Part shown: positions 47,846 to 57,331 of the stretch, piece by piece | Position numbering within the stretch: the first letter of the stretch is position 1 | Layout of the letters: each line of letters begins with the position of its first letter | Assembly (NCBI GenBank): GCA_021785065.1 | Contig: JAJYGQ010000017.1 | Location: 925-64,924, forward strand | DNA: 64,000 bases | Origin: a bacterium | GTDB taxonomy: Bacteria; Patescibacteriota; Minisyncoccia; Phycocordibacterales; JAKAEA01 | Reading direction: 5' to 3' | Made by a program: the position numbers and the translations under genes | The notes under the pieces: model-generated | What the model was told of the DNA's origin: nothing | Database searches by the model: none | Seen by the model: only the letters and a program-made list of their open reading frames with translations

Positions 47846-50140
47846 ATGCGTCTCAAATCTCTCGAAATCAGCGGGTTCAAATCGTTTGCGAAAAAAGCAA
47901 CGCTAGAATTTTCCACGCCGATTACAGCGATTGTTGGGCCCAATGGCTCAGGCAAATCCAACGTGGCCGAAGCGTTTCGTTTTGTGCTCGGCGAGCAGTC
48001 GATGAAATCACTGCGCGGCAAGCGTGGCGAGGATTTGATTTTTAACGGCGGCGCGGCTGGCGGCCGACTCAATCGAGCGGCGGTCACTCTGCTTTTTGAA
48101 AATACTGATCGGGCACTCAATCTTGATTTTGATGAGGTATCACTGGCGCAGATCGTGCACCGCGATTCAGCGAATGATTATGCTATCAACAATTCGCCGG
48201 CGCGTTTGAAAGATATCGTTGAATTGCTGGCGGGCGCTCATATCGGTTCGTCGGGTCATCATATTATTTCGCAGGGTGAGGCTGACCGAATTTTGAATGC
48301 TAATTTGAAAGAGCGGCGCGAGATGATTGAAGACGCGCTCGGTTTAAAAATTTATCACTACAAGCGCGAGGAGAGCGAACGTAAGCTCGAGAAAACAGCG
48401 GAGAACATGAAGCAGGTGGAAAGTTTGCGTAAGGAAATTGCGCCGCATTTGCGCTTTTTGGAAAAACAGATGGAGAAGGTGGAAAAGACGGAAAAATTGC
48501 GCGGCGATCTCGTTGAGCAGGCAAAAGAATATTTTAAACGTGAAGAAATTTATGTGCGGGTGCACGGTGTGCGTTTGGCCAAAGAGGATCAACCAGTCGC
48601 TCGGCGCAAGGGTGAACTCGATCGGGAACTTACAGCAGCGAAGGCAGTGTTGGAGAAAGCGGCAACGCACGATGGTAAAAAAGACGCGACGACGAGTGCC
48701 TTACTTGATGTTGAGAGAAAAGTAGCGGCGGTGCGAGCGGAGCGAGAGGAGCTGTCGCACCGTGTTGGTCGGTTGGAAGGCGAAATTGCTTCGGAAGAAC
48801 GAACTATTCGCCGCGAAGAGGCGCTAGCAAAGAGTGAAGCGGGGAAAACCGTGCCGTTTGTTGAAATCGAAGCGGCTATTGCCACGGTGCACGAACGCTT
48901 AGCTGAGGCAGAAACGGCGAGCGACCCAAGTTTGTTCAAGAAAATTTCAATTTCTATTAAAGATTTTCTCAAGCAGTTTTTGCATCGCTATCACGATGCC
49001 GCTCAAAACGATTCTGTTATTGCGGCTAGTCGCGCTGACATCGAGCGACTCACCGCCGAGCGCACAGCGGCATCCGACAAAGCAAAAGCTCTGGCGGATG
49101 TTGAAACAGATTTAGTTGCTGAAATTGATCGCTTGCGCGAGACGATTGAAAAAGAAAAAGACACCAATCGCGACGCTGAGAAAGCGGTATTTCGCATTAT
49201 GGCCGAGCTCAATGAAATTAGTTCTAAACGAGCGACAATTCGCGCGCACCAAGAAACACTCGCTGCCATAGAAACCGCATTCAAGCATGACCTTGGTGAT
49301 GTGGCGACGTTGGCTGGGCGTGCCGTGCTTGATTTTGCACATTTCGCCATTGCTGGTGTTTCTGATGAAGATATTGCGAGTGAAGCGCGCGAGCGCCAAG
49401 AAGAGCGCCGCAAACAAATCGAGCGGCTAAAAATTCGTATTGAAGAAGCGGGCGCGGCTGGCGGCGAAGAGATTGCAAAAGAATATCGTGAGGCTAAAGA
49501 GCGCGATGAATTTCTTTCGCGCGAATTAGCTGATTTGGAAAAATCGGCGGAAACATTACAGACACTTATTGCTGACTTGGTAGAAAAACTTGATACTGAT
49601 TTTAAAAATGGCGTGCAGAAAATAAACGAGCAGTTCGGCAAATTTTTTACCCTTATGTTTGGTGGTGGCCAAGCCAAGCTCGAAGTAGTAAAAGCGCCGA
49701 CTCGAGTGCGCGCTAAAAAGTCCGACGATCTCGCCGACCTTACCGACTCATCAGAAGAAGAACTGATTGACGATGAAGACACCGAAGAGGGTATTGATAT
49801 CGCCGTTAGTCTCCCTAAAAAGCGCATTAAGGGTCTCACCATGCTTTCCGGCGGCGAGCGCGCGCTCACCTCCATCGCGCTTCTCTTTGCGATCTCTCAA
49901 GTTAATCCGCCACCCTTTATTATTCTTGACGAAACCGACGCGGCGCTCGACGAAGCCAACTCGCGCAAATATGGCGATATGATCGAAAACCTCTCGAAAT
50001 TTTCGCAGCTGATTTTAATTACCCATAATCGCGAGACGATGTCGCGCGCTGGCGTGCTCTATGGCGTTACCATGGGCAGCGACGGTGCCTCGAAACTTCT
50101 CTCTATAAAATTTGACGAAGCGGTGGCTGTGGCAAAGTAG
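47846..50140 (+). CDS. smc: SMC-family chromosome segregation ATPase; shortened, with a reduced coiled coil and no obvious hinge
   Basis: The ATG at 47846 is in frame with track ORF 47759. The head reads MRLKSLEISGFKSFAKKATLEFSTPITAIVGPNGSGKSNVAEAFRFVLGEQS, the C-terminal signature is LSGGERALTSIALLFAISQVNPPPFIILDETDAALD, and the middle is a long coiled coil. About 764 aa. Confidence 0.75.
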   Translation: MRLKSLEISGFKSFAKKATLEFSTPITAIVGPNGSGKSNVAEAFRFVLGEQSMKSLRGKRGEDLIFNGGAAGGRLNRAAVTLLFENTDRALNLDFDEVSLAQIVHRDSANDYAINNSPARLKDIVELLAGAHIGSSGHHIISQGEADRILNANLKERREMIEDALGLKIYHYKREESERKLEKTAENMKQVESLRKEIAPHLRFLEKQMEKVEKTEKLRGDLVEQAKEYFKREEIYVRVHGVRLAKEDQPVARRKGELDRELTAAKAVLEKAATHDGKKDATTSALLDVERKVAAVRAEREELSHRVGRLEGEIASEERTIRREEALAKSEAGKTVPFVEIEAAIATVHERLAEAETASDPSLFKKISISIKDFLKQFLHRYHDAAQNDSVIAASRADIERLTAERTAASDKAKALADVETDLVAEIDRLRETIEKEKDTNRDAEKAVFRIMAELNEISSKRATIRAHQETLAAIETAFKHDLGDVATLAGRAVLDFAHFAIAGVSDEDIASEARERQEERRKQIERLKIRIEEAGAAGGEEIAKEYREAKERDEFLSRELADLEKSAETLQTLIADLVEKLDTDFKNGVQKINEQFGKFFTLMFGGGQAKLEVVKAPTRVRAKKSDDLADLTDSSEEELIDDEDTEEGIDIAVSLPKKRIKGLTMLSGGERALTSIALLFAISQVNPPPFIILDETDAALDEANSRKYGDMIENLSKFSQLILITHNRETMSRAGVLYGVTMGSDGASKLLSIKFDEAVAVAK

Positions 50141-50245
50141 ATTCTGTGAGTCGTCAATCTTGACCAAGATATTGAATTTGTTAAAATTAGAGTACAGTGT
50201 GCTTCGGCACCCACTCACGTGATCTAGGGTTGTGTGAGAAGAAGT

Positions 50246-50280
50246 GAAAAGCCATTAAAGCATATCTTTAATGGCTTTTC
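50246..50280. terminator. Perfect 15-bp inverted repeat hairpin between smc and the toxin gene
   Basis: gaaaagccattaaag-catat-ctttaatggcttttc. It overlaps the stop of the 50255..50635 minus gene and lies about 100 nt after the smc stop. Confidence 0.5.
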
Positions 50281-50635
50281 TCGTGATTTCGAAAAATTTT
50301 TTATCTAAAATACCTACTTTTTCTACTAAACGTCGACTGTCTATTGTTCGTAATTGAGAGATAATCACACACGATTTTTTACCCGATATATTGCCTATAA
50401 AAATTCTATATGGATGTTTATATATAGAGGTACTAAGAGGTACGACAAGACATATTTCTCCTAATGCTTTTATAATAATAATCGGTCGAATAAAATTTCT
50501 TCCAACACCATTTTGCTCAGAACCAATATTTTTTCCAAGTATACACCACCAAATTTCTCTAGGTCGGTAATATCGAGGTTTATGTGTCAAAACAATAAAT
50601 TTTTTCTTGCTGTTCCAAACGTCAAACTGGTCCAT
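50255..50635 (-). CDS. MazF/EndoA (PemK)-family mRNA interferase toxin-like protein with a ~25-aa N-terminal extension; no cognate antitoxin nearby
   Basis: REIWWCILGKNIGSEQNGVGRNFIRPIIII and CVIISQLRTIDSRRLVEKVGILDKKFFEITRKAI parallel B. subtilis EndoA ([26 protein letters not shown] and [33 protein letters not shown]). The gene sits in an AT-rich patch of about 30% GC. Confidence 0.55.
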   Translation of the reverse strand: MDQFDVWNSKKKFIVLTHKPRYYRPREIWWCILGKNIGSEQNGVGRNFIRPIIIIKALGEICLVVPLSTSIYKHPYRIFIGNISGKKSCVIISQLRTIDSRRLVEKVGILDKKFFEITRKAIKDML

Positions 50636-50700
50636 GTATATACTCTAATGGACGGAGAATAAAAATCTCGTAAATTTTTTATCGAGAAAATATAAAAAAA

Positions 50701-52758
50701 TTACGAAACGATGGCGTAGTCGAGGGTTTTGGAATCGAGGTCGGCGCGGACAACGCGGTAGCGGACGCTGTCGCCGAGGCGAAATTTTCGGCGGGTGCGC
50801 TCGCCTTCAACGGTGTAGGTGCGCGGATTAAACACGTAGTAATCGTCGCCGAGTTCGCGTAGCGGCACCATGCCTTCGCAGCGAGTAGCAGTATCTTCTA
50901 TATAAATGCCCCAGTCGGTGACGCCGGAAATGGTGCCGGAAAATTCTTGGCCGATGCGCTCGCTCATATATTCTACTTGCTTGTATTTGATGCTAGCGCG
51001 CTCGGCTTCAGCGGCAACAATTTCGCGTTCGCTCGCATGAGCTGACACTGCTTCAAGATCTTTAAACACTTTCTGGGTGCCTTCAAGAACGCCGGCTAAA
51101 ACGCGGTGCACGACAAGGTCGGTGTAACGGCGAATGGGCGAGGTAAAATGGGTATAAAATGAAAAGCCGAGGCCAAAGTGACCGATGTTTTTAGTGGAAT
51201 AAGCAGCCTTGGCCATCGAGCGAATAGTGGCGGTTTTAATGAGCGATTCTTCCGGTACACCTTTAACGCTTTCAAGCAGGATGTTGATGTCGCGCGCGGT
51301 GATCTTGCCGTGTTTGACAGGCAAGTGAAAGCCAAGCGCCTGCAAAAAGAGGGCAAGCTCTTGCAGGCGTTCACGCTCGGGCAGATCGTGAATGCGATAA
51401 ATAGATGCCCCAGCGGCACCGTGCACGTGTTCGCCCGCGCCATTGCCGTGTTTTTTGTAAATAAATTCAGCGACTTCGCGGTTGGCCAGCAACATAAATT
51501 CTTCAACAAGCTTGTGGGTGTCGAGACGCTCTTTTTTGATAATTGCAATCGGCTTGCCGTGCTCGTCGAGCTTGAATTTCACTTCGTCTTGTTCAAAGTC
51601 GATGGCGCCGCGCTTATAATTTTCTTGCTGCATTTTTTTAGCGATGCGGTTTAAAGTAGTGAGTGTTTCAGCGTGTTCGTGCCCAGCGCCGGTGCTGCCA
51701 TTCAAAATATCCTGCGCACTTTCGTAGCTGAAGCGGTGGTTGCTGTTTATAACCGTGCGACCAAACCAGCGTTCGTGGATGTGGCCGGCGTCGTCCATAA
51801 TAAAAATAGCGGAAAAAGCAAAACGGTCTTCATGAGGATTGAGGCTGCATAAGTCGTTGGAAAGCACTTCAGGGAGCATGGGAATCGTGCGGTCAACGAG
51901 GTAGACGCTAAAGCTACGCTTCAAGGCCTCCGTGTCGAGTGGTGTGCCGGGGCGCACATAGTAAGAAACGTCAGCGATGTGCACGCCGATTTCGTAGCGG
52001 CCAGCGTGGGGGCCGCTTTCAATTTTTTTATACGAGAGGGCATCGTCGAAATCTTTGGCGTCGATAGGGTCGATAGTAAAAGTGACGGTGTCGCGCATAT
52101 CTCGGCGGCGGGCGATTTCTTCGGCGCGTAGCGGCTTTTCCGTTTGCTCGATTTTGTGGGCTTCGGCAGTGACGGCCTCGGGAAATGTTTGATCGATACC
52201 ACGGTCTAGGAGGATCGATTGGATTTCCACCTCGTGCTCGCCTTTGGTGCCGATGAGTTCAACGAGTGCGCCGGTAGGGTAGTGCTCATTAGCTTGCCAG
52301 TGGGCGAGTGTTACTAACACTTTTTCATTTTTACGATTGGAAGCGTTGGCAATGAGTGGATCGTTCGCGGGAATAAGAAAATCGACATAGGCGCGACGAT
52401 CATCGGGGCGTACCCACCATTGATTGTCGTGTTGCACTAGGGTGCCAACAAACTGCGTACGAGCGCGCCGCACGATGCACTCTACTTGGCCGGCCATTTG
52501 CACGAAATCGCCTTTTTCCACGCTGGTGCGGCGCGCGGAACGCCCCTTGCGTACATCAAAATATTTTCCCGTAATACGCACTTCTACCTCGTCGCCATTA
52601 AGGGCGGTGTTTATGAACTCTGGCGTGACAACGATTTCCTGATCACGTTTTTTTGTTTGAGGTGTGCCAGCAAGGGTAACAAAACCGAATCCTTTAGAGT
52701 TAGTTCTGATAGTGCCAATAGCGCTTTTTGTGCTCGGCGGTTGATTTTTTTGATCCAT
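50701..52758 (-). CDS. rnr: Ribonuclease R (RNB family 3'-5' exoribonuclease with an S1 domain)
   Basis: Cold-shock-like OB folds, the RNB catalytic domain (DFDDALS...) and a C-terminal S1 domain. 685 aa. Confidence 0.85.
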   Translation of the reverse strand: MDQKNQPPSTKSAIGTIRTNSKGFGFVTLAGTPQTKKRDQEIVVTPEFINTALNGDEVEVRITGKYFDVRKGRSARRTSVEKGDFVQMAGQVECIVRRARTQFVGTLVQHDNQWWVRPDDRRAYVDFLIPANDPLIANASNRKNEKVLVTLAHWQANEHYPTGALVELIGTKGEHEVEIQSILLDRGIDQTFPEAVTAEAHKIEQTEKPLRAEEIARRRDMRDTVTFTIDPIDAKDFDDALSYKKIESGPHAGRYEIGVHIADVSYYVRPGTPLDTEALKRSFSVYLVDRTIPMLPEVLSNDLCSLNPHEDRFAFSAIFIMDDAGHIHERWFGRTVINSNHRFSYESAQDILNGSTGAGHEHAETLTTLNRIAKKMQQENYKRGAIDFEQDEVKFKLDEHGKPIAIIKKERLDTHKLVEEFMLLANREVAEFIYKKHGNGAGEHVHGAAGASIYRIHDLPERERLQELALFLQALGFHLPVKHGKITARDINILLESVKGVPEESLIKTATIRSMAKAAYSTKNIGHFGLGFSFYTHFTSPIRRYTDLVVHRVLAGVLEGTQKVFKDLEAVSAHASEREIVAAEAERASIKYKQVEYMSERIGQEFSGTISGVTDWGIYIEDTATRCEGMVPLRELGDDYYVFNPRTYTVEGERTRRKFRLGDSVRYRVVRADLDSKTLDYAIVS

Positions 52759-52818
52759 TAGGTTGGCAGTATACCAGACTATTGACCTTTTGCCATCCCT
52801 CTGCTACTATAGCTGCCT

Positions 52819-53163
52819 ATGTTAAAAATCAGATTGCAACGAGTGGGACGCGTACACGAACCTACCTTTCGCGTGGTCGTGACTGATTCACGCAACAGCA
52901 CTAAAAGTGGCCGAGCTCTAGAAATTGTCGGTTCACATGATTCACGCGATAAGAGCAAAACAGTGCTCAATGTTGACCGTATCAAGCACTGGATTTCCGT
53001 GGGGGCACAGCCGACGATAACGATGCACAATATGCTTGTTTCTAAAAAAATTATTGAGGGTAAGAAAATTAACGCGCTGCCCAAGAAGCTTCCGCAAAAA
53101 AATGAAGCCGAGCAGCAGGCCGAACAGCAGCCGACTACCGAAACCCCAGCCGCTACGAGTTAA
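52819..53163 (+). CDS. rpsP: 30S ribosomal protein S16
   Basis: The start MLKIRLQRVGRVHEPTFRVVVTDSRNSTKSGRALEIVG is canonical S16, followed by a basic and acidic tail. Confidence 0.9.
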   Translation: MLKIRLQRVGRVHEPTFRVVVTDSRNSTKSGRALEIVGSHDSRDKSKTVLNVDRIKHWISVGAQPTITMHNMLVSKKIIEGKKINALPKKLPQKNEAEQQAEQQPTTETPAATS

Positions 53164-53194
53164 AGTATTTCTCAAGCATTCTCCACAGGAGCGA

Positions 53195-53223
53195 TTGACA
53201 CCTTTTGTTGATATCGCTACAAT
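53195..53223 (+). promoter_or_regulatory. Consensus sigma-70-like promoter TTGACA-17 nt-TACAAT upstream of the KH-domain gene
   Basis: ttgaca at 53195-53200, a 17-nt spacer, then tacaat at 53218-53223. A 7-bp hairpin (attcgtc-ccc-gacgaat) follows in the presumed leader. Confidence 0.45.
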
Positions 53224-53299
53224 CCTCACTAGCTGCAGGCATCAGCTCTGCCGCATTACTAATTAACGATTCGTCCCCGACGAATTACCGAACATCATT

Positions 53300-53614
53300 A
53301 TGGAAAAGGAAGGCGATGCACAATTTCTAGATTACGTTATTAAGGCTCTTGTAGATAATCCTAACGACGTTAAAATTACACGTACCGTTGATGAGATGGG
53401 CGTATTACTTACGCTTACCGTCAACGCTGCTGACATGGGGAAAATTATCGGTCGCTCAGGTAACACCGCTAAAGCCGTTCGCACGCTTTTGCGTGTTGTC
53501 GGTATGAAGAATAATGCCCGCGTCAATCTTAAAATTAATGAACCGGAAGGTGGTTCGACGCGCGAGTCCGCGACAAAGTCGGTGGACGAGGCGATGGAAG
53601 ATATCAAGCTCTAA
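53300..53614 (+). CDS. KH-domain RNA-binding protein (YlqC/UPF0109 family)
   Basis: The GKIIGRSGNTAKAVRTLL GxxG loop sits inside a KH fold. It holds the usual position between rpsP and trmD. Confidence 0.8.
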   Translation: MEKEGDAQFLDYVIKALVDNPNDVKITRTVDEMGVLLTLTVNAADMGKIIGRSGNTAKAVRTLLRVVGMKNNARVNLKINEPEGGSTRESATKSVDEAMEDIKL

Positions 53615-53704
53615 AAATAAAAACACTTCTCTTGGCTGGAGGGTAGCAGGGAACGCCGTCGAGAAGTGTTTTTATTTTGTATGGAACTATGCTATTGTCA
53701 CGGC

Positions 53705-54370
53705 ATGCGATTTCATGTTATTACGCTGTTTCCTGGGGCGTTTGGCTCGTATCTCGGCGAGTCGATTTTGAAGCGGGCCATTGAAGATAAAAAAATTTCC
53801 GTCGCGTTTTACAATCCACGTGATTTTGCTGCGGGCACGCGTGGCCGGGCAGTGCGTGTTGACAAGCGACCCTACGGCGGCGGCCCGGGTATGGTGATTG
53901 AAGCGTTACCGGTTATTAAGGCAATAGAAAAAGCCCTCGCAACAATACAAAAAAAATCAAAAAAACCTAAAGTAAAAATTATTTGGCTCTCGCCGGGTGG
54001 CATGCAATTTGATACTGGTGTCGCGGAGACAGTAGCAAAAAAATATACCGACATCATCATCGTTTCCGGCCGCTACGAAGGTATTGACGCTCGGGTTAAA
54101 AAAATTTTCAAATGCGACATTGTCTCGGTGGGGCCGTTTGTGCTGACTGGCGGTGAGTTGCCAGCCATGCTTATTATCGATTGTGTCAGTCGACAGGTGG
54201 CGGGTGTGTTGGGTGATCCTACGTCTGTTGAGGAACGACGCGTAGCGAGCAGAGATGTCTATACTCGTCCAGAAGTATTTGAATATAAAGGTAAAAAATA
54301 TCGCGTGCCCAAAGTACTACTATCGGGCAATCATGCCACCATTAACACCTGGAAGCGTTCACAAAAGTAA
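53705..54370 (+). CDS. trmD: tRNA (guanine37-N1)-methyltransferase
   Basis: The ATG at 53705 gives MRFHVITLFPGAF. SPOUT fold motifs include GGGPGMV, SGRYEGIDARV and VGPFVLTGGELPAMLIIDCVSR. Confidence 0.85.
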   Translation: MRFHVITLFPGAFGSYLGESILKRAIEDKKISVAFYNPRDFAAGTRGRAVRVDKRPYGGGPGMVIEALPVIKAIEKALATIQKKSKKPKVKIIWLSPGGMQFDTGVAETVAKKYTDIIIVSGRYEGIDARVKKIFKCDIVSVGPFVLTGGELPAMLIIDCVSRQVAGVLGDPTSVEERRVASRDVYTRPEVFEYKGKKYRVPKVLLSGNHATINTWKRSQK

Positions 54371-54389
54371 GCGTGATATACTAGGGGTT

Positions 54390-55286
54390 ATGATACGCAA
54401 TCGCCGCTTCATTTTAAGTATCGGTATCGCTCTTATTTTACTCGGACTCATCATTTGGGGTATTGTGTGGCTCGTGGTGGGGCGATCAACACAGCCCTTG
54501 CTTCCTCTCAATGCTCCTGGTACCACATTACCAGGTACGGGTCCCATTACTATCGTTCTCTCGCCAGATTTTGGCGATGCTGTTCTTTCGCTCGGGGGTA
54601 TGCTTGCCCAGCACACACGTCCGGCGATTGTTGTTACGTTTTTTACTGGTGAACCTACGCCGGCTACCAGTACGACGATTGACATGGAAAGCGGTTTTAC
54701 TAATAGTACCATCGCGGGTAATGTACGAGTGGCCGAAAATGATCAGGCCCTCAGCTCATTGGGAGCGGTCGCTGAAAATTATGGTTATCTCGGAAGTGAG
54801 TACGGTCAGCCGATAGCTAGCGACGTTTTAGAAAGTGATATTACACAAAACATTCAAGCCCTCCTAGTTGCTAATACGGGGCGACAGGTGTACGTATACG
54901 GTCCTGCCGATTTTGGTGCACAGACAAGCGCCGATGATGCGGTGGTTCACAACGCGTTTACTGATACGGTGAATGGTTTCCCGGGCACAAACGTGCATTT
55001 CTTCTATTACGAACCCTACCCGGCGGTTGCACTTTGGAATGCAACTGCAACAAGCTCATTGAGAAATTTTCTACAAAATGAAACAGGATTATTCTTAACG
55101 ACGACCAATATTGCTCTTTCTTCAAATCAAGTTAGCGCGAAAATTTCCGCGCTGCAAAAATATCACTCATTGGCGCAAATGTATCAAAAACAAGGCACTA
55201 ATATTGTGCAAGGGGCGCAAAATTTTACCGCGACCCGGTGCGCTGGGCAGGCGTGCGAGGTGGTGTACACCATCGGACAAAATTAA
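54390..55286 (+). CDS. Hypothetical membrane-anchored protein with an LmbE/PIG-L-like fold and a degenerate metal-binding motif
   Basis: The ATG at 54390 has agggg 5 nt upstream; the track ORF starts earlier and overlaps trmD. TM anchor. ITIVLSPDFGDAVLSLGGMLA parallels the PIG-L VLVIAAHPDDEVLGCGG, but with SPDFGD in place of HPDDE. Confidence 0.35.
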   Translation: MIRNRRFILSIGIALILLGLIIWGIVWLVVGRSTQPLLPLNAPGTTLPGTGPITIVLSPDFGDAVLSLGGMLAQHTRPAIVVTFFTGEPTPATSTTIDMESGFTNSTIAGNVRVAENDQALSSLGAVAENYGYLGSEYGQPIASDVLESDITQNIQALLVANTGRQVYVYGPADFGAQTSADDAVVHNAFTDTVNGFPGTNVHFFYYEPYPAVALWNATATSSLRNFLQNETGLFLTTTNIALSSNQVSAKISALQKYHSLAQMYQKQGTNIVQGAQNFTATRCAGQACEVVYTIGQN

Positions 55287-56175
55287 TCTTTTTCTGTACC
55301 TTTTTAAAATCGGGAGGAAACCAGTGTATGTGTTGATCGCGGCGAAACCAGGCGAGTTGGCGTTTGGCATAGTGCCAAATCGCGCTTTCTAATTCTCGTT
55401 GCATCTCTTGCCGGGAAATTTTTTTCTGTAAAAAGCGCGCGAGCGAGCGATACTCTAAACCGAGCAGCTCCATTTTTTGATACGAAAGACCAGCGGCATG
55501 CACGTGGCGGGCTTCGGCAATCATTCCTTGACGCAGACGGGCCAGGAGGCGCGTATGAATTTTTTCTTTGAGAATATGCGGGGGAAGCGTGAGGCCGATA
55601 GTAAGGGACGTATATCGTGAGCGTGAGTGAAGGTGAGGTACTGTGCCTGTTGCCGCAACAATTTCTAGAGCGCGAATAAGTCGTCGGGGATTGTGTCGAT
55701 CAATCGTTGCAGCTCGCCGCGGATCTTTTTTAAGCAACATCGCGTAAAGTTCCGCAGCATTTTTATGAGCAAGTTTTTTACGTAGTGGCACATTAGGGGG
55801 TACATCGGGGAAAAAAATACCTCGCACAAGGGCATCAATGTAAAATCCGGTGCCACCGCAAATAATAGGCACGTTGCCGCGCTGCACAATATCTTCAATT
55901 ATTTTTTCTGCCTGTGTTCGAAAAATTTCTGCCGTAAATTGCTTTGCGGTACCAACAGTACGTGGTGAAGCAACGTTAAGCATATAGTGAGGTACGCCTC
56001 GCATTTCGCGTCGCGTTATTTTTCCGGTGCCAATGTTGAGGTCGCGATAGATCTGGCGCGAGTCAGCAGAGATGACTTCGCCGCCAATGAGTTTAGCGAG
56101 GGCAACAGCAAAAGCACTTTTACCAACAGCCGTCGGCCCGACAATAACAATAATTTTAGGCTTATTTTTAAGCAC
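55225..56175 (-). CDS. miaA: tRNA dimethylallyltransferase
   Basis: IVIVGPTAVGKSAFAVALAKLIGGEVISADSRQIYRDLNIGTGKITRREMRGVPHYMLNV is the canonical MiaA N-terminus with its P-loop. The gene converges on the preceding gene with a 62-nt overlap. Confidence 0.85.
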   Translation of the reverse strand: MLKNKPKIIVIVGPTAVGKSAFAVALAKLIGGEVISADSRQIYRDLNIGTGKITRREMRGVPHYMLNVASPRTVGTAKQFTAEIFRTQAEKIIEDIVQRGNVPIICGGTGFYIDALVRGIFFPDVPPNVPLRKKLAHKNAAELYAMLLKKDPRRAATIDRHNPRRLIRALEIVAATGTVPHLHSRSRYTSLTIGLTLPPHILKEKIHTRLLARLRQGMIAEARHVHAAGLSYQKMELLGLEYRSLARFLQKKISRQEMQRELESAIWHYAKRQLAWFRRDQHIHWFPPDFKKVQKKINFVRWCTPPRTPAQRTGSR

Positions 56176-56322
56176 ACATGGATGCTATCACAGCTTTCGA
56201 TAATGCTGTAGTGGTAATTTTTTTGCAACAGTAAAAGGATTTTGTGAAGCTTGTATTATTTATAATTTTGTGCTATTTTATAGCCTGTTTTGTGTGTTCT
56301 TTGCTAATGAAAGGAGCAAAAG

Positions 56323-57222
56323 ATGAATACAAAGCGTGTACCCGTTACGGCCCTCGTGGGGCTATTGTTGGTTGGATGTGGAGGGGTGGCGCAGGCGAAC
56401 GTGTCGATGAATTTCGACACACTGACCACGTCCCCCTACATCAACTTTAGCAATCTCTACTCCGGCAGTCCGCCGAGTGAGAGTGCTAATCTCTCGGCGT
56501 ATCAGACGGATACGCCGGGGGCGTGGTATGGTGGGAACTACGTTCCTGACCAGTTCCAGATCACGCCGTTCAATGGCGGGAGTGTACTGCAAATGGGGAT
56601 TGCCCCGTCGCAGTATCAGTCGCCGGGCACCGGCGGCTTCAGTTCCCTGAACTTCCAGGGGATGAGGTACGATACAAATCTGTCTGGTACAACCCAGACG
56701 ATGAGTATTCAATTATATGTCGACCCCAACTGGGGTTCGACGACAACTGTCGACGTCGGTATGGCGGCAGTTGGCGTCAACAATGCCAACAGCGTGGTGA
56801 GCAATCCAGCGATTGCTTACCTGAATGCTGATTCGTCGGATCCCATTCCGGGGTATTCGTCGGCAGGGTTCTACTCCTACGACTATTCGTCAGCGAAGTG
56901 GAATTTCCTGGCCGCGGCAAACAGCGGCTTCAACACCGTGAGCTTCACGCTCACGTCTGGGTCGGGTATCCAATATTACCTGAATGGTGCTGCGGTTGGC
57001 AGCTTGTACGCTGACACCGTGACAACGTCGTTGCAGAGCGTCATGTTGTACGCTCTCAATCCCGCTGGCTCGTTGGAATCGCCGGACTCGCTATACGAGT
57101 TTGATAATTTTTCAGCGAACAATACGCCGGTGCCGGAGGGGTCAACACTCTTGCTACTGCTTCCGGCGACTTTCTTGTTACTTCGGCGCGGGCGCCTCAC
57201 GGAGAAGGTGCTCTCCCGATAA
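56323..57222 (+). CDS. Secreted protein with a C-terminal PEP-CTERM-like anchor
   Basis: RBS aaaggagc upstream. Signal peptide MNTKRVPVTALVGLLLVGCGGVAQA. The C-terminus is NNTPVPEGSTLLLLLPATFLLLRRGRL: a VPEG motif, a hydrophobic helix and an Arg cluster. Confidence 0.45.
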   Translation: MNTKRVPVTALVGLLLVGCGGVAQANVSMNFDTLTTSPYINFSNLYSGSPPSESANLSAYQTDTPGAWYGGNYVPDQFQITPFNGGSVLQMGIAPSQYQSPGTGGFSSLNFQGMRYDTNLSGTTQTMSIQLYVDPNWGSTTTVDVGMAAVGVNNANSVVSNPAIAYLNADSSDPIPGYSSAGFYSYDYSSAKWNFLAAANSGFNTVSFTLTSGSGIQYYLNGAAVGSLYADTVTTSLQSVMLYALNPAGSLESPDSLYEFDNFSANNTPVPEGSTLLLLLPATFLLLRRGRLTEKVLSR

Positions 57223-57331
57223 GGCGGCCTTCTCTCTCCCTCTCGTGGCGGAGCAGCAATGTTCCGCAGCCCACAAATCACTAAGTTGGTTTGTGGGTTT
57301 TTTATTTTTATTTCTACATTATTTTTTATGG

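Noticed and set aside
49003-49875. 290-aa minus ORF antisense within smc
   Set aside because: It is a Ser/Arg/Ala low-complexity translation of the antisense of the SMC coiled-coil codons, which are GAA/GCG-rich.
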